Source: Escherichia coli (lineage in GTDB: Bacteria > Pseudomonadota > Gammaproteobacteria > Enterobacterales > Enterobacteriaceae). Taken from it: a stretch of DNA of 53,280 nucleotides. The position numbers and the translations under genes were made by a program. This document shows positions 31,388-44,433 of this stretch, piece by piece. Location: the NCBI RefSeq assembly GCF_003334815.1, contig NZ_QOWO01000028.1; one strand, 5' to 3'. The notes below the pieces were generated by a model. It was not told where the DNA came from. It saw nothing but the letters and a program-made list of their open reading frames with translations, and did no database searches. Numbering within the stretch: the stretch's first letter is position 1; every line of letters begins with the position of its first letter.

Positions 31388-34300
31388 ACATATTCACGCT
31401 TTCCCTCGGTCTGGCCGTCATGCCGATGGTCGAGGCAGCACCAACCGCTCAGCAACAGTTGCTGGAGCAAGTTCGGTTAGGCGAAGCGACCCATCGTGAA
31501 GATCTGGTGCAACAGTCGTTATATCGGCTGGAACTTATTGATCCGAATAACCCGGACGTCGTTGCCGCCCGTTTCCGTTCTTTGTTACGTCAGGGCGATA
31601 TTGATGGCGCGCAAAAACAGCTCGATCGGCTGTCGCAGTTAGCGCCGAGTTCAAATGCGTATAAATCGTCGCGGACTACGATGCTACTTTCCACGCCGGA
31701 TGGTCGTCAGGCACTGCAACAGGCACGATTGCAGGCGACGACCGGTCATGCAGAAGAAGCTGTGGCGAGTTACAACAAACTGTTCAACGGTGCGCCGCCG
31801 GAAGGTGACATTGCTGTCGAGTACTGGAGTACGGTGGCGAAAATTCCGGCTCGCCGTGGCGAAGCGATTAATCAGTTAAAACGCATCAATGCGGATGCAC
31901 CGGGCAATACGGGCCTGCAAAACAATCTGGCGCTATTGCTGTTTAGTAGCGATCGCCGTGACGAAGGTTTTGCCGTCCTGGAACAGATGGCAAAATCGAA
32001 CGCCGGGCGCGAAGGGGCCTCTAAAATCTGGTACGGGCAGATTAAAGACATGCCCGTCAGTGATGCCAGTGTGTCGGCGCTGAAAAAATATCTCTCGATC
32101 TTTAGTGATGGCGATAGCGTGGCGGCTGCGCAATCGCAACTGGCAGAACAGCAAAAACAGCTGGCCGATCCTGCTTTCCGCGCTCGTGCGCAAGGTTTAG
32201 CGGCGGTGGACTCTGGTATGGCGGGTAAAGCCATTCCCGAACTACAACAGGCGGTGCGGGCGAACCCGAAAGACAGTGAAGCTCTGGGGGCGCTGGGCCA
32301 GGCGTATTCTCAGAAAGGCGATCGCGCCAATGCAGTGGCGAATCTGGAAAAAGCCCTCGCACTGGACCCGCACAGCAGCAACAACGACAAATGGAACAGT
32401 CTGCTGAAAGTAAACCGCTACTGGCTGGCGATCCAGCAGGGCGATGCTGCGCTGAAAGCCAATAATCCTGACCGGGCAGAACGCCTGTTCCAGCAGGCGC
32501 GTAATGTCGATAACACCGACAGTTATGCAGTGCTGGGGCTGGGCGATGTGGCGATGGCGCGAAAAGATTATCCCGCCGCCGAACGTTATTATCAGCAGAC
32601 CTTGCGTATGGACAGCGGCAACACTAACGCCGTGCGCGGGCTGGCAAATATTTACCGCCAGCAATCGCCAGAAAAAGCTGAAGCGTTTATCGCCTCGCTC
32701 TCTGCCAGTCAGCGGCGTAGCATTGATGATATCGAACGCAGCCTGCAAAACGACCGTCTGGCACAGCAGGCAGAGGCACTGGAAAACCAGGGCAAATGGG
32801 CGCAGGCGGCAGCACTTCAGCGGCAACGACTGGCGCTGGACCCCGGCAGCGTATGGATTACTTACCGACTTTCGCAGGATCTCTGGCAGGCCGGACAACG
32901 CAGCCAGGCCGATACGTTAATGCGCAATCTGGCGCAGCAGAAGTCGAACGACCCGGAGCAGGTTTACGCTTACGGGCTGTACCTCTCTGGTCATGACCAG
33001 GACAGAGCGGCGCTGGCGCATATCAACAGCCTGCCGCGTGCGCAGTGGAACAGCAATATTCAGGAGCTGGTTAATCGACTGCAAAGCGATCAGGTGCTGG
33101 AAACCGCTAACCGCCTGCGAGAAAGCGGCAAAGAGGCAGAAGCGGAAGCGATGCTGCGCCAGCAACCACCTTCCACGCGTATTGACCTCACGCTGGCTGA
33201 CTGGGCGCAACAACGACGTGATTACACCGCCGCCCGCGCTGCATATCAGAATGTCCTGACGCGGGAGCCAGCTAACGCCGACGCCATTCTTGGTCTGACG
33301 GAAGTGGATATTGCTGCCGGTGACAAAGCGGCGGCACGTAGCCAGCTGGCGAAACTGCCCGCTACCGATAACGCCTCGCTGAACACACAGCGGCGCGTGG
33401 CGCTGGCACAGGCGCAGCTTGGCGATACCGCAGCAGCGCAGCGGACGTTTAATAAGTTGATCCCGCAGGCAAAATCTCAGCCACCGTCGATGGAAAGCGC
33501 GATGGTGCTGCGTGATGGTGCGAAGTTTGAAGCGCAGGCGGGCGATCCAACGCAGGCGCTGGAAACCTACAAAGACGCCATGGTCGCATCCGGTGTGACT
33601 ACGACGCGTCCGCAGGATAACGACACCTTTACCCGACTGACCCGTAACGACGAGAAAGATGACTGGCTGAAACGTGGCGTGCGCAGCGATGCGGCGGACC
33701 TCTATCGCCAGCAGGATCTTAACGTCACCCTTGAGCACGATTACTGGGGTTCGAGCGGCACCGGTGGTTACTCCGATCTGAAAGCGCACACTACCATGTT
33801 GCAGGTGGATGCGCCGTATTCTGACGGGCGGATGTTCTTTCGCAGTGATTTCGTCAATATGAACGTCGGCAGTTTCTCCACTAATGCCGATGGCAAATGG
33901 GATGACAACTGGGGCACCTGTACATTACAGGACTGTAGCGGCAACCGCAGCCAGTCGGATTCCGGTGCCAGCGTGGCGGTCGGCTGGCGAAATGACGTCT
34001 GGAGCTGGGATATCGGTACCACGCCGATGGGCTTCAACGTGGTGGATGTGGTCGGCGGCATCAGTTACAGCGATGATATCGGGCCGCTGGGTTACACCGT
34101 TAACGCCCACCGTCGGCCCATCTCCAGTTCTTTGCTGGCCTTTGGTGGGCAAAAAGACTCCCCGAGCAATACCGGGAAAAAATGGGGTGGCGTACGTGCC
34201 GACGGTGTGGGGCTAAGTCTGAGCTACGATAAAGGTGAAGCAAACGGCGTCTGGGCATCGCTTAGTGGCGACCAGTTAACCGGTAAAAATGTCGAAGATA

Positions 34301-34842
34301 ACTGGCGCGTGCGCTGGATGACGGGCTATTACTATAAGGTCATTAACCAGAACAATCGCCGCGTCACAATCGGCCTGAACAACATGATCTGGCATTACGA
34401 CAAAGATCTGAGTGGCTACTCACTCGGTCAGGGCGGTTACTACAGTCCGCAGGAATACCTGTCGTTTGCCATACCGGTGATGTGGCGGGAGCGCACGGAA
34501 AACTGGTCGTGGGAGCTGGGTGCGTCTGGCTCGTGGTCGCATTCACGCACCAAAACCATGCCGCGTTATCCGCTGATGAATCTGATCCCGACCGACTGGC
34601 AGGAAGAAGCTGCGCGGCAATCCAACGATGGCGGCAGCAGTCAGGGCTTCGGCTACACGGCGCGGGCATTACTTGAACGACGTGTTACTTCCAACTGGTT
34701 TGTTGGCACGGCAATTGATATCCAGCAGGCGAAAGATTACGCACCCAGCCATTTCCTGCTCTACGTACGTTATTCCGCCGCCGGATGGCAGGGTGACATG
34801 GATTTACCGCCGCAGCCGCTGATACCTTACGCCGACTGGTAA
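31369..34842 (+). CDS. bcsC: Cellulose synthase outer-membrane/TPR subunit BcsC (1157 aa)
   Basis: Signal peptide, long TPR-rich region, C-terminal beta-barrel ending in W; 19-bp overlap with bcsZ. Confidence 0.95.
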   Translation: MRKFTLNIFTLSLGLAVMPMVEAAPTAQQQLLEQVRLGEATHREDLVQQSLYRLELIDPNNPDVVAARFRSLLRQGDIDGAQKQLDRLSQLAPSSNAYKSSRTTMLLSTPDGRQALQQARLQATTGHAEEAVASYNKLFNGAPPEGDIAVEYWSTVAKIPARRGEAINQLKRINADAPGNTGLQNNLALLLFSSDRRDEGFAVLEQMAKSNAGREGASKIWYGQIKDMPVSDASVSALKKYLSIFSDGDSVAAAQSQLAEQQKQLADPAFRARAQGLAAVDSGMAGKAIPELQQAVRANPKDSEALGALGQAYSQKGDRANAVANLEKALALDPHSSNNDKWNSLLKVNRYWLAIQQGDAALKANNPDRAERLFQQARNVDNTDSYAVLGLGDVAMARKDYPAAERYYQQTLRMDSGNTNAVRGLANIYRQQSPEKAEAFIASLSASQRRSIDDIERSLQNDRLAQQAEALENQGKWAQAAALQRQRLALDPGSVWITYRLSQDLWQAGQRSQADTLMRNLAQQKSNDPEQVYAYGLYLSGHDQDRAALAHINSLPRAQWNSNIQELVNRLQSDQVLETANRLRESGKEAEAEAMLRQQPPSTRIDLTLADWAQQRRDYTAARAAYQNVLTREPANADAILGLTEVDIAAGDKAAARSQLAKLPATDNASLNTQRRVALAQAQLGDTAAAQRTFNKLIPQAKSQPPSMESAMVLRDGAKFEAQAGDPTQALETYKDAMVASGVTTTRPQDNDTFTRLTRNDEKDDWLKRGVRSDAADLYRQQDLNVTLEHDYWGSSGTGGYSDLKAHTTMLQVDAPYSDGRMFFRSDFVNMNVGSFSTNADGKWDDNWGTCTLQDCSGNRSQSDSGASVAVGWRNDVWSWDIGTTPMGFNVVDVVGGISYSDDIGPLGYTVNAHRRPISSSLLAFGGQKDSPSNTGKKWGGVRADGVGLSLSYDKGEANGVWASLSGDQLTGKNVEDNWRVRWMTGYYYKVINQNNRRVTIGLNNMIWHYDKDLSGYSLGQGGYYSPQEYLSFAIPVMWRERTENWSWELGASGSWSHSRTKTMPRYPLMNLIPTDWQEEAARQSNDGGSSQGFGYTARALLERRVTSNWFVGTAIDIQQAKDYAPSHFLLYVRYSAAGWQGDMDLPPQPLIPYADW

Positions 34843-34923
34843 GTTTTCAGATAGCGCCTCTCTTAATGCCGCTGCGATCGGGTATACTCGGGCGGCAATC
34901 TGGGATTTCCGGGGGGAGACAAT

Positions 34924-36912
34924 TTGCGCGTAAGTCGCTCGTTAACAATCAAGCAGATGGCAATGGTGGCAGCCGTTGTCCTGGTGTTCGTTTTTATTTT
35001 TTGCACCGTTTTGCTGTTCCATCTGGTCCAGCAGAATCGCTATAACACGGCTACGCAACTGGAAAGCATTGCTCGCTCTGTCCGCGAACCCTTATCTTCA
35101 GCTATTTTGAAAGGCGATATTCCCGAAGCGGAAGCTATTCTTGCCAGCATTAAACCGGCAGGCGTGGTCAGCCGTGCCGATGTAGTGCTGCCTAACCAGT
35201 TCCAGGCGCTGCGTAAAAGTTTTATTCCAGAGCGCCCGGTGCCGGTAATGGTTACTCGCCTGTTTGAGCTACCGGTTCAAATCTCGCTGGGCGTTTACTC
35301 GCTCGAACGTCCGGCAAACCCGCAGCCAATTGCCTATCTGGTACTACAGGCGGATTCCTTCCGTATGTATAAGTTCGTGATGAGCACCCTCTCAACGTTA
35401 GTGACCATTTACTTACTTTTGTCGCTTATCCTGACCGTCGCCATCAGCTGGTGCATTAACCGCCTGATTTTGCATCCGTTACGCAATATTGCTCGCGAAC
35501 TTAACGCCATCCCAGCCAAGGAGCTTGTTGGTCACCAACTGGCATTACCGCGTCTGCATCAGGACGATGAAATCGGTATGTTGGTGCGCAGTTACAACCT
35601 CAACCAGCAATTGCTGCAGCGCCATTATGAAGAACAGAACGAAAATGCGATGCGCTTCCCGGTGTCGGATTTGCCGAACAAAGCCTTGCTGATGGAGATG
35701 CTGGAGCAGGTTGTCGCGCGTAAACAAACCACCGCGCTGATGATCATCACCTGTGAAACCCTGCGTGATACTGCGGGCGTGCTGAAAGAGGCGCAACGAG
35801 AAATTCTGCTGCTGACGCTGGTGGAAAAACTCAAATCGGTACTGTCGCCACGTATGATCCTCGCGCAGATTAGCGGTTATGACTTTGCTGTCATTGCCAA
35901 CGGTGTACAGGAACCGTGGCACGCAATCACCTTAGGTCAGCAAGTGCTCACTATCATGAGCGAGCGCCTGCCGATTGAACGTATTCAACTCCGTCCGCAC
36001 TGTAGCATTGGCGTGGCGATGTTCTACGGCGATCTCACCGCCGAACAGCTTTACAGTCGCGCTATTTCTGCGGCATTTACCGCTCGCCATAAAGGCAAGA
36101 ATCAGATTCAGTTCTTTGATCCGCAGCAGATGGAAGCCGCCCAGAAGCGGTTGACGGAAGAGAGCGATATCCTTAATGCACTGGAAAATCATCAGTTTGC
36201 TATTTGGTTACAGCCACAGGTCGAGATGACCAGCGGTAAACTGGTCAGTGCGGAAGTGTTACTGCGTATCCAGCAACCGGATGGCAGTTGGGACCTGCCG
36301 GATGGCTTAATCGATCGCATTGAGTGCTGTGGGCTGATGGTTACCGTCGGTCACTGGGTGCTGGAAGAGTCCTGTCGATTGCTTGCAGCCTGGCAAGAGC
36401 GCGGCATTATGCTGCCCTTGTCGGTAAACCTCTCTGCGCTGCAACTGATGCACCCGAATATGGTGGCGGATATGCTGGAACTGTTAACCCGCTATCGCAT
36501 TCAGCCGGGAACACTGATTCTGGAAGTGACAGAAAGCCGACGTATTGACGACCCTCATGCTGCGGTGGCAATCCTCCGTCCGCTGCGCAATGCCGGAGTT
36601 CGGATGGCGCTGGATGATTTCGGCATGGGCTACGCAGGGCTGCGTCAGCTGCAGCATATGAAATCGTTGCCAATCGACGTACTGAAAATCGACAAAATGT
36701 TTGTTGAAGGCTTGCCGGGAGATAGCAGCATGATTGCTGCAATTATCATGCTGGCGCAGAGCCTGAACTTACAAATGATTGCCGAAGGCGTGGAGACTGA
36801 AGCACAACGCGACTGGCTGGCAAAAGCGGGCGTTGGTATTGCCCAGGGCTTCCTTTTTGCTCGCCCACTCCCTATTGAAATCTTCGAAGAGAGTTACCTG
36901 GAAGAAAAGTAG
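34924..36912 (+). CDS. pdeK: c-di-GMP phosphodiesterase PdeK (YhjK; HAMP-GGDEF-EAL, 662 aa)
   Basis: Two N-terminal TM segments, a degenerate GGDEF region and an EAL domain; apparent TTG start. Confidence 0.85.
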   Translation: MRVSRSLTIKQMAMVAAVVLVFVFIFCTVLLFHLVQQNRYNTATQLESIARSVREPLSSAILKGDIPEAEAILASIKPAGVVSRADVVLPNQFQALRKSFIPERPVPVMVTRLFELPVQISLGVYSLERPANPQPIAYLVLQADSFRMYKFVMSTLSTLVTIYLLLSLILTVAISWCINRLILHPLRNIARELNAIPAKELVGHQLALPRLHQDDEIGMLVRSYNLNQQLLQRHYEEQNENAMRFPVSDLPNKALLMEMLEQVVARKQTTALMIITCETLRDTAGVLKEAQREILLLTLVEKLKSVLSPRMILAQISGYDFAVIANGVQEPWHAITLGQQVLTIMSERLPIERIQLRPHCSIGVAMFYGDLTAEQLYSRAISAAFTARHKGKNQIQFFDPQQMEAAQKRLTEESDILNALENHQFAIWLQPQVEMTSGKLVSAEVLLRIQQPDGSWDLPDGLIDRIECCGLMVTVGHWVLEESCRLLAAWQERGIMLPLSVNLSALQLMHPNMVADMLELLTRYRIQPGTLILEVTESRRIDDPHAAVAILRPLRNAGVRMALDDFGMGYAGLRQLQHMKSLPIDVLKIDKMFVEGLPGDSSMIAAIIMLAQSLNLQMIAEGVETEAQRDWLAKAGVGIAQGFLFARPLPIEIFEESYLEEK

Positions 36913-37058
36913 CTACCCCAAACTGATTACAAAACTTTAAAAAGTGCTGGTTTGTGCGAGCCAGCTCAAACTTTTTAACCTTTTTGTTTCAATTATGATC
37001 CAGGTACATTTCTGTGATGTTGTCTGGGTGTTATTTTAAGGCCGCAGGTACCCCATAA

Positions 37059-38381
<1,323 letters not shown>

Positions 38382-38394
38382 TCTCATCACTTAT

Positions 38395-38426
38395 GCCCGC
38401 ACTCCCTTCCCCGAGTGCGGGTGTTT
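38395..38426 (+). terminator. Intrinsic terminator after dctA
   Basis: GCCCGCACTC-CCTTCCCC-GAGTGCGGGT hairpin followed by GTTT. Confidence 0.6.
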
Positions 38427-38601
38427 GCGCATAATTGACCCCTGTGCCTGAACTTACCACCTGGGTGAGTTCAGGTTTATTTCACTTCTTCCGTGACATT
38501 TTCATGTTCTTGCGGTCTAACACGAAGTGTTTTTAACGTCATTTAGACTGACCGACAACGGGCAGTTTTTTTATTACCAGGATAGTTGATCAGGGGTTCA
38601 C

Positions 38602-40098
38602 ATGCAGGGCACAAAAATTCGACTTTTAGCGGGCGGTTTGCTGATGATGGCCACTGCTGGCTATGTGCAGGCAGATGCGCTCCAGCCTGATCCAGCATGG
38701 CAACAGGGGACGCTTTCCAACGGTTTACAGTGGCAAGTGCTGACCACCCCCCAGCGTCCCAGCGATCGTGTTGAAATTCGCCTGCTGGTTAATACCGGTT
38801 CGCTCGCCGAAAGTACACAACAGAGCGGTTACAGTCACGCCATCCCTCGTATTGCGCTAACGCAAAGCGGTGGCCTTGACGCAGCACAGGCGCGTTCATT
38901 GTGGCAGCAGGGGATCGACCCTAAACGCCCGATGCCGCCGGTAATTGTCTCTTATGACACCACGCTGTTTAATCTGAGTTTGCCCAATAACCGTAACGAT
39001 TTGCTGAAAGAAGCGCTCTCTTATCTGGCAAATGCCACTGGCAAATTGACCATCACACCAGAAACCATCAACCACGCGCTGCAAAGTCAGGACATGGTGG
39101 CAACCTGGCCTGCCGATACTAAAGAGGGCTGGTGGCGCTATCGTCTGAAAGGGTCAACCTTGTTAGGTCACGATCCTGCCGATCCGCTGAAACAACCCGT
39201 TGAAGCGGAAAAAATTAAAGATTTCTATCAGAAATGGTACACCCCGGATGCAATGACGCTACTGGTGGTGGGAAACGTGGATGCGCGCTCGGTTGTCGAC
39301 CAAATAAACAAAACGTTTGGCGAACTGAAAGGCAAACGTGAAACGCCAGCTCCGGTGCCGACGCTTTCTCCGCTGCGTGCGGAAGCGGTGAGTATTATGA
39401 CTGACGCGGTGCGTCAGGACCGGTTATCTATCATGTGGGATACGCCGTGGCAGCCGATTCGTGAATCAGCCGCACTGCTGCGCTACTGGCGTGCGGACCT
39501 GGCCCGCGAGGCGCTGTTCTGGCATGTTCAGCAAGCGTTAAGTGCCAGTAACAGCAAAGACATCGGTCTTGGATTTGACTGCCGTGTGCTGTATCTGCGT
39601 GCGCAGTGTGCCATCAACATCGAATCACCAAACGACAAGCTGAACAGCAACCTTAATCTGGTGGCGCGTGAACTGGCGAAGGTTCGCGATAAAGGTCTGC
39701 CGGAAGAAGAGTTCAATGCGTTAGTGGCGCAAAAGAAACTGGAGCTGCAGAAACTGTTTGCCGCCTATGCACGAGCTGATACCGATATTCTGATGGGTCA
39801 GCGGATGCGTTCGTTGCAAAATCAGGTTGTCGATATCGCGCCGGAGCAATATCAGAAACTGCGGCAGGATTTCCTTAATAGCCTGACGGTAGAGATGTTA
39901 AATCAGGATCTGCGTCAACAGTTGTCGAATGATATGGCGTTAATACTGCTGCAGCCGAAAGGCGAGCCGGAATTTAACATGAAAGCGTTGCAGGCGGTCT
40001 GGGATCAAATCATGGCCCCATCTACCGCCGCTGCGACCACCTCTGTCGCCACGGATGACGTACATCCTGAAGTGACGGATATTCCACCTGCACAGTAA
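38602..40098 (+). CDS. yhjJ: M16-family peptidase-like periplasmic protein YhjJ (498 aa)
   Basis: Signal peptide plus 498-aa pitrilysin-like fold; position after dctA. Confidence 0.85.
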   Translation: MQGTKIRLLAGGLLMMATAGYVQADALQPDPAWQQGTLSNGLQWQVLTTPQRPSDRVEIRLLVNTGSLAESTQQSGYSHAIPRIALTQSGGLDAAQARSLWQQGIDPKRPMPPVIVSYDTTLFNLSLPNNRNDLLKEALSYLANATGKLTITPETINHALQSQDMVATWPADTKEGWWRYRLKGSTLLGHDPADPLKQPVEAEKIKDFYQKWYTPDAMTLLVVGNVDARSVVDQINKTFGELKGKRETPAPVPTLSPLRAEAVSIMTDAVRQDRLSIMWDTPWQPIRESAALLRYWRADLAREALFWHVQQALSASNSKDIGLGFDCRVLYLRAQCAINIESPNDKLNSNLNLVARELAKVRDKGLPEEEFNALVAQKKLELQKLFAAYARADTDILMGQRMRSLQNQVVDIAPEQYQKLRQDFLNSLTVEMLNQDLRQQLSNDMALILLQPKGEPEFNMKALQAVWDQIMAPSTAAATTSVATDDVHPEVTDIPPAQ

Positions 40099-40193
40099 TG
40101 CCTGATGGTGATGAGTTAGCACAACCATCAGGTATTTATGGATGAGCTGGATAGAGGGGTAACACTTTATCCAGCCTTTTGCATATGCTGCGT

Positions 40194-41123
40194 TTACGCT
40201 GGCATCGCCTCACGCGGGATAATCGCGCCGCGATACTGAATAACGGTACTTGCGGTCAGGTGCCCACGTTTCGCCGCGTCTTCCGCGCTGCCGCCTGTCA
40301 GACGTACCGCCAGATAACCGGCACTGAAAGAGTCGCCAGCTGCGGTGGTATCGATCACTTTTTCTTTCGGCAGTTTCACCGCCGGAACATCCACTAACCC
40401 TTCGCCAGCAATGGACACCAGGCAAGAATCCGCCCCGCGTTTCACCACCACTTCTTTCACGCCCGCGTTATGGGTGCGCGCAATGACGTCTTCCACCGGC
40501 TGTTGACCCCACAGCGCGTCTTCGTCGTCCAGCGTCAGGAAGGCGATATCCGTGCATTCCAGCATTTGTTGGTACACCTGCTGTGTCTCTTCTTTGCTGG
40601 CCCACAGGCGCGGACGATAGTTATTGTCGAAAATCACTTTTCCGCCGTTGGCGCGGCATTCGCGCAGCAGGGAAAGCAGCTTTTCGCGGCTGGTCGGGCT
40701 TAAGATCGCCAGGCTAATCCCGCTCAGGTAGAGATAATCGAAATTCGCCAGCTCTTCGCAAATCGCCGCAGACTGCTCACTCTCCAGCCAGAATTTGGCG
40801 GCGGCTTCGTTCCGCCAGTAGTAGAACGTACGCTCGCCGGTGCTGTCGGTTTCAATGTAGTAAAGGCCCGGCAGACGGTTTTCCATCCGTTGGGTCAGGG
40901 AAGTATCAACGTTCTCGCCGTGCCAGGCGTCCAGCATCTGCTGGCTAAAACTGTCCGTTCCCAGCGCCGTTACGTAATGAACGGTTAATGCCGCAGGATC
41001 GACCTGACGGGCGATATAGACGGAAGTGTTCAGGGTATCGCCGCCGAAACCGCGCTTAACGTCCGCGCCTTTCTCGGAAAGCTCAATCATGCATTCGCCA
41101 ATCACGGCAATCTTTTTGGACAT
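40194..41123 (-). CDS. kdgK: 2-dehydro-3-deoxygluconokinase KdgK (309 aa)
   Basis: PfkB/ribokinase-family sugar kinase; start trimmed to MSKKIAVIGECMIEL (track ORF extended 116 codons upstream). Confidence 0.92.
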   Translation of the reverse strand: MSKKIAVIGECMIELSEKGADVKRGFGGDTLNTSVYIARQVDPAALTVHYVTALGTDSFSQQMLDAWHGENVDTSLTQRMENRLPGLYYIETDSTGERTFYYWRNEAAAKFWLESEQSAAICEELANFDYLYLSGISLAILSPTSREKLLSLLRECRANGGKVIFDNNYRPRLWASKEETQQVYQQMLECTDIAFLTLDDEDALWGQQPVEDVIARTHNAGVKEVVVKRGADSCLVSIAGEGLVDVPAVKLPKEKVIDTTAAGDSFSAGYLAVRLTGGSAEDAAKRGHLTASTVIQYRGAIIPREAMPA

Positions 41124-41189
41124 AGTCGTGAACCTGATCTGTAAAAAATTAGCGTTAGTTTGCGCTGTGGTGGTTTGCTGGTCAACCAT

Positions 41190-41208
41190 ATTAAAACAGT
41201 GTTCCATT
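41190..41208 (-). promoter_or_regulatory. Candidate KdgR operator in the kdgK promoter region
   Basis: ATTAAAACAGTGTTCCATT matches the KdgR consensus AATRAAAYRNYRTTTYATT, as I recall it, at 17 of 19 positions; about 70 bp upstream of the kdgK ATG. Confidence 0.4.
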
Positions 41209-41279
41209 ATTTTTTTGAGCCAGAACGTATTCCTGAAAGATTCCGTTGTGGAGTGAGGAAATTTACCCCGGCCAGGCGG

Positions 41280-41306
41280 TAAAGTTCTGCCCTTACGCGC
41301 CGATAA
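41280..41306 (+). promoter_or_regulatory. Sigma-28 (FliA) class 3 flagellar promoter for pdeH
   Basis: TAAAGTTC-N11-GCCGATAA against consensus TAAAGTTT-N11-GCCGATAA, about 50 bp upstream of the pdeH ATG. Confidence 0.65.
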
Positions 41307-41354
41307 TCTTTGTCGAGTCCGGGCAGCATCACTTTTAAACACAGGACATCTTTG

Positions 41355-42122
41355 ATGATAAGGCAGGTTATCCAGCGAATAAGCAACCCTGAAGCAAGCA
41401 TCGAGAGCTTGCAGGAACGGCGTTTTTGGTTGCAGTGTGAGCGTGCTTACACCTGGCAGCCGATCTATCAAACATGCGGGCGGTTAATGGCCGTGGAGCT
41501 ATTAACGGTGGTCACGCATCCCTTGAACCCTTCGCAACGCCTGCCGCCGGATCGCTATTTTACTGAAATCACCGTCAGCCATCGGATGGAGGTTGTGAAA
41601 GAGCAGATTGATTTGCTGGCGCAAAAAGCCGACTTCTTTATAGAGCACGGCCTGCTGGCATCGGTCAATATTGATGGCCCTACGCTCATCGCCCTGCGTC
41701 AGCAACCAAAAATCCTGCGCCAGATTGAGCGTCTTCCCTGGCTGCGTTTCGAACTGGTGGAGCATATCCGTCTGCCGAAAGATTCAACCTTTGCCTCGAT
41801 GTGTGAATTTGGCCCGCTGTGGCTGGATGATTTTGGTACCGGGATGGCAAATTTCTCTGCGCTAAGTGAAGTGCGTTATGACTACATCAAAATCGCGCGA
41901 GAACTGTTTGTGATGCTGCGTCAGTCGCCGGAAGGACGCACACTCTTTTCTCAGCTTTTACATCTAATGAATCGCTATTGTCGCGGGGTGATTGTCGAGG
42001 GCGTAGAAACGCCGGAAGAGTGGCGTGATGTTCAGAACTCGCCCGCATTCGCCGCACAAGGCTGGTTTCTTTCACGCCCGGCACCGATAGAAACGCTGAA
42101 TACGGCGGTTCTGGCGCTATAA
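41355..42122 (+). CDS. pdeH: c-di-GMP phosphodiesterase PdeH (YhjH, EAL domain, 255 aa)
   Basis: Stand-alone EAL-domain protein (ELLTVVTHP...); start trimmed to MIRQVIQRIS. Confidence 0.92.
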   Translation: MIRQVIQRISNPEASIESLQERRFWLQCERAYTWQPIYQTCGRLMAVELLTVVTHPLNPSQRLPPDRYFTEITVSHRMEVVKEQIDLLAQKADFFIEHGLLASVNIDGPTLIALRQQPKILRQIERLPWLRFELVEHIRLPKDSTFASMCEFGPLWLDDFGTGMANFSALSEVRYDYIKIARELFVMLRQSPEGRTLFSQLLHLMNRYCRGVIVEGVETPEEWRDVQNSPAFAAQGWFLSRPAPIETLNTAVLAL

Positions 42123-42191
42123 GCTGCCTCATTTTCCGCCTGGCTGGACTATCTTTAGGACTGGCACAGGAAGAATATGAGGAAGCGAACG

Positions 42192-44252
42192 ATGAGCAAG
42201 GCAGGCAAAATAACCGCTGCGATTTCAGGGGCTTTCTTGTTGTTGATTGTCGTGGCGATCATTTTGATTGCAACTTTTGACTGGAATCGACTCAAACCGA
42301 CTATCAACCAGAAAGTCTCTGCGGAGTTGAATCGTCCGTTCGCTATCCGTGGCGATCTGGGCGTGGTGTGGGAGCGGCAAAAACAAGAAACTGGCTGGCG
42401 CAGCTGGGTGCCGTGGCCCCATGTACACGCGGAAGACATCATTCTTGGCAATCCACCGGATATTCCCGAAGTCACGATGGTGCATTTGCCACGCGTAGAG
42501 GCAACGCTGGCCCCGCTGGCGCTGCTGACCAAAACGGTCTGGCTGCCGTGGATCAAGCTCGAAAAGCCCGACGCGCGCCTGATTCGCCTCTCTGAAAAGA
42601 ACAATAACTGGACGTTTAATCTTGCCAACGATGATAACAAAGACGCGAATGCAAAGCCGTCGGCATGGTCGTTTCGGCTGGATAATATTCTTTTCGATCA
42701 AGGGCGGATCGCCATTGATGACAAAGTAAGCAAAGCGGATCTGGAGATTTTTGTTGATCCCTTAGGCAAGCCGCTGCCGTTCAGCGAAGTTACTGGATCG
42801 AAAGGTAAAGCGGATAAAGAAAAGGTGGGCGATTACGTTTTTGGCCTGAAGGCGCAGGGACGATATAACGGTGAACCGCTCACGGGTACGGGAAAAATAG
42901 GCGGTATGCTGGCGCTGCGTGGCGAAGGGACGCCGTTTCCGGTACAGGCTGATTTCCGCTCTGGTAACACCCGTGTTGCTTTTGATGGCGTCGTGAATGA
43001 CCCAATGAAGATGGGCGGTGTCGATTTACGGCTTAAATTTTCTGGCGATTCACTGGGTGATCTCTATGAACTGACGGGCGTTCTGCTGCCCGATACCCCG
43101 CCGTTTGAAACGGATGGTCGGCTGGTAGCGAAAATCGACACTGAAAAATCGTCGGTCTTTGATTATCGCGGTTTTAATGGGCGAATTGGTGATAGCGATA
43201 TCCACGGTTCTCTGGTCTACACCACCGGAAAGCCACGACCAAAACTGGAAGGTGATGTCGAGTCGCGGCAATTGCGGCTGGCGGACCTGGGACCGTTGAT
43301 TGGCGTTGATTCCGGGAAAGGGGCAGAAAAGTCGAAACGGTCTGAACAGAAGAAGGGCGAAAAAAGCGTTCAGCCTGCGGGCAAAGTGCTGCCTTATGAC
43401 CGCTTCGAAACCGATAAATGGGACGTTATGGATGCCGATGTTCGCTTCAAAGGGCGGCGCATTGAGCATGGCAGTAGCCTGCCGATTAGCGATCTTTCTA
43501 CTCATATCATCCTCAAAAATGCTGACCTGCGCCTGCAACCGCTGAAATTTGGCATGGCGGGCGGCAGCATTGCGGCGAATATTCATCTGGAAGGCGATAA
43601 AAAGCCGATGCAGGGGCGGGCAGATATTCAGGCTCGTCGACTGAAACTGAAAGAACTGATGCCCGATGTGGAACTGATGCAGAAGACGCTGGGGGAAATG
43701 AACGGTGACGCGGAACTACGCGGTAGCGGTAACTCGGTGGCGGCACTTTTAGGCAACAGTAACGGCAACCTGAAACTGTTGATGAATGACGGGCTGGTGA
43801 GCCGCAACCTGATGGAGATTGTTGGGCTGAATGTCGGCAACTACATTGTCGGTGCGATATTTGGTGATGATGAGGTGCGGGTGAACTGCGCGGCGGCGAA
43901 TCTGAATATTGCCAACGGCGTGGCGCGCCCGCAGATTTTTGCTTTCGATACTGAGAACGCGTTGATTAATGTTACCGGCACGGCAAGTTTTGCTTCGGAA
44001 CAGCTGGATTTGACTATTGATCCGGAGAGTAAAGGAATTCGGATTATCACACTGCGTTCGCCGCTGTATGTGCGGGGGACGTTTAAAAATCCGCAGGCTG
44101 GGGTGAAAGCCGGACCGCTGATTGCCCGTGGTGCTGTTGCTGCGGCACTGGCAACGCTGGTAACACCGGCGGCGGCGTTACTGGCACTGATCTCACCTTC
44201 CGAAGGGGAGGCTAATCAGTGTCGGACGATTTTGTCGCAGATGAAGAAGTGA
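42192..44252 (+). CDS. yhjG: AsmA-family protein YhjG (686 aa)
   Basis: N-terminal TM anchor plus a large periplasmic AsmA-like domain; start at MSKAGKITAAISGAF. Confidence 0.88.
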   Translation: MSKAGKITAAISGAFLLLIVVAIILIATFDWNRLKPTINQKVSAELNRPFAIRGDLGVVWERQKQETGWRSWVPWPHVHAEDIILGNPPDIPEVTMVHLPRVEATLAPLALLTKTVWLPWIKLEKPDARLIRLSEKNNNWTFNLANDDNKDANAKPSAWSFRLDNILFDQGRIAIDDKVSKADLEIFVDPLGKPLPFSEVTGSKGKADKEKVGDYVFGLKAQGRYNGEPLTGTGKIGGMLALRGEGTPFPVQADFRSGNTRVAFDGVVNDPMKMGGVDLRLKFSGDSLGDLYELTGVLLPDTPPFETDGRLVAKIDTEKSSVFDYRGFNGRIGDSDIHGSLVYTTGKPRPKLEGDVESRQLRLADLGPLIGVDSGKGAEKSKRSEQKKGEKSVQPAGKVLPYDRFETDKWDVMDADVRFKGRRIEHGSSLPISDLSTHIILKNADLRLQPLKFGMAGGSIAANIHLEGDKKPMQGRADIQARRLKLKELMPDVELMQKTLGEMNGDAELRGSGNSVAALLGNSNGNLKLLMNDGLVSRNLMEIVGLNVGNYIVGAIFGDDEVRVNCAAANLNIANGVARPQIFAFDTENALINVTGTASFASEQLDLTIDPESKGIRIITLRSPLYVRGTFKNPQAGVKAGPLIARGAVAAALATLVTPAAALLALISPSEGEANQCRTILSQMKK

Positions 44253-44258
44253 TGATAA

Positions 44259-44421
44259 TTGCCGGATGTCTGACATCCGGCAATTAAACAGATTTAGATT
44301 GTTGGCAAAGTGTGCTTTGTTCATGCCGGATGCGGCGTGAACGCCTTATCCGGCCTACAAATCCTTGCGAATTCAATATATTGTATGGAAATTCAGGCCT
44401 GATAAGCGTAGCGCATCAGGC
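44259..44421. repeat. REP/BIME cluster between yhjG and yhjE
   Basis: TTGCCGGATGTCTGACATCCGGCAA, TGCCGGATGCGGCGTGAACGCCTTATCCGGCCTACA and AGGCCTGATAAGCGTAGCGCATCAGGC. Confidence 0.7.
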
Positions 44422-44433
44422 TTTTCACTCTTA

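Noticed and set aside
32242-33789. Two long ORFs (218 aa and 290 aa) antisense to bcsC
   Set aside because: Embedded in bcsC; composition (R/Q/L-rich, no domains) is typical of spurious antisense frames.
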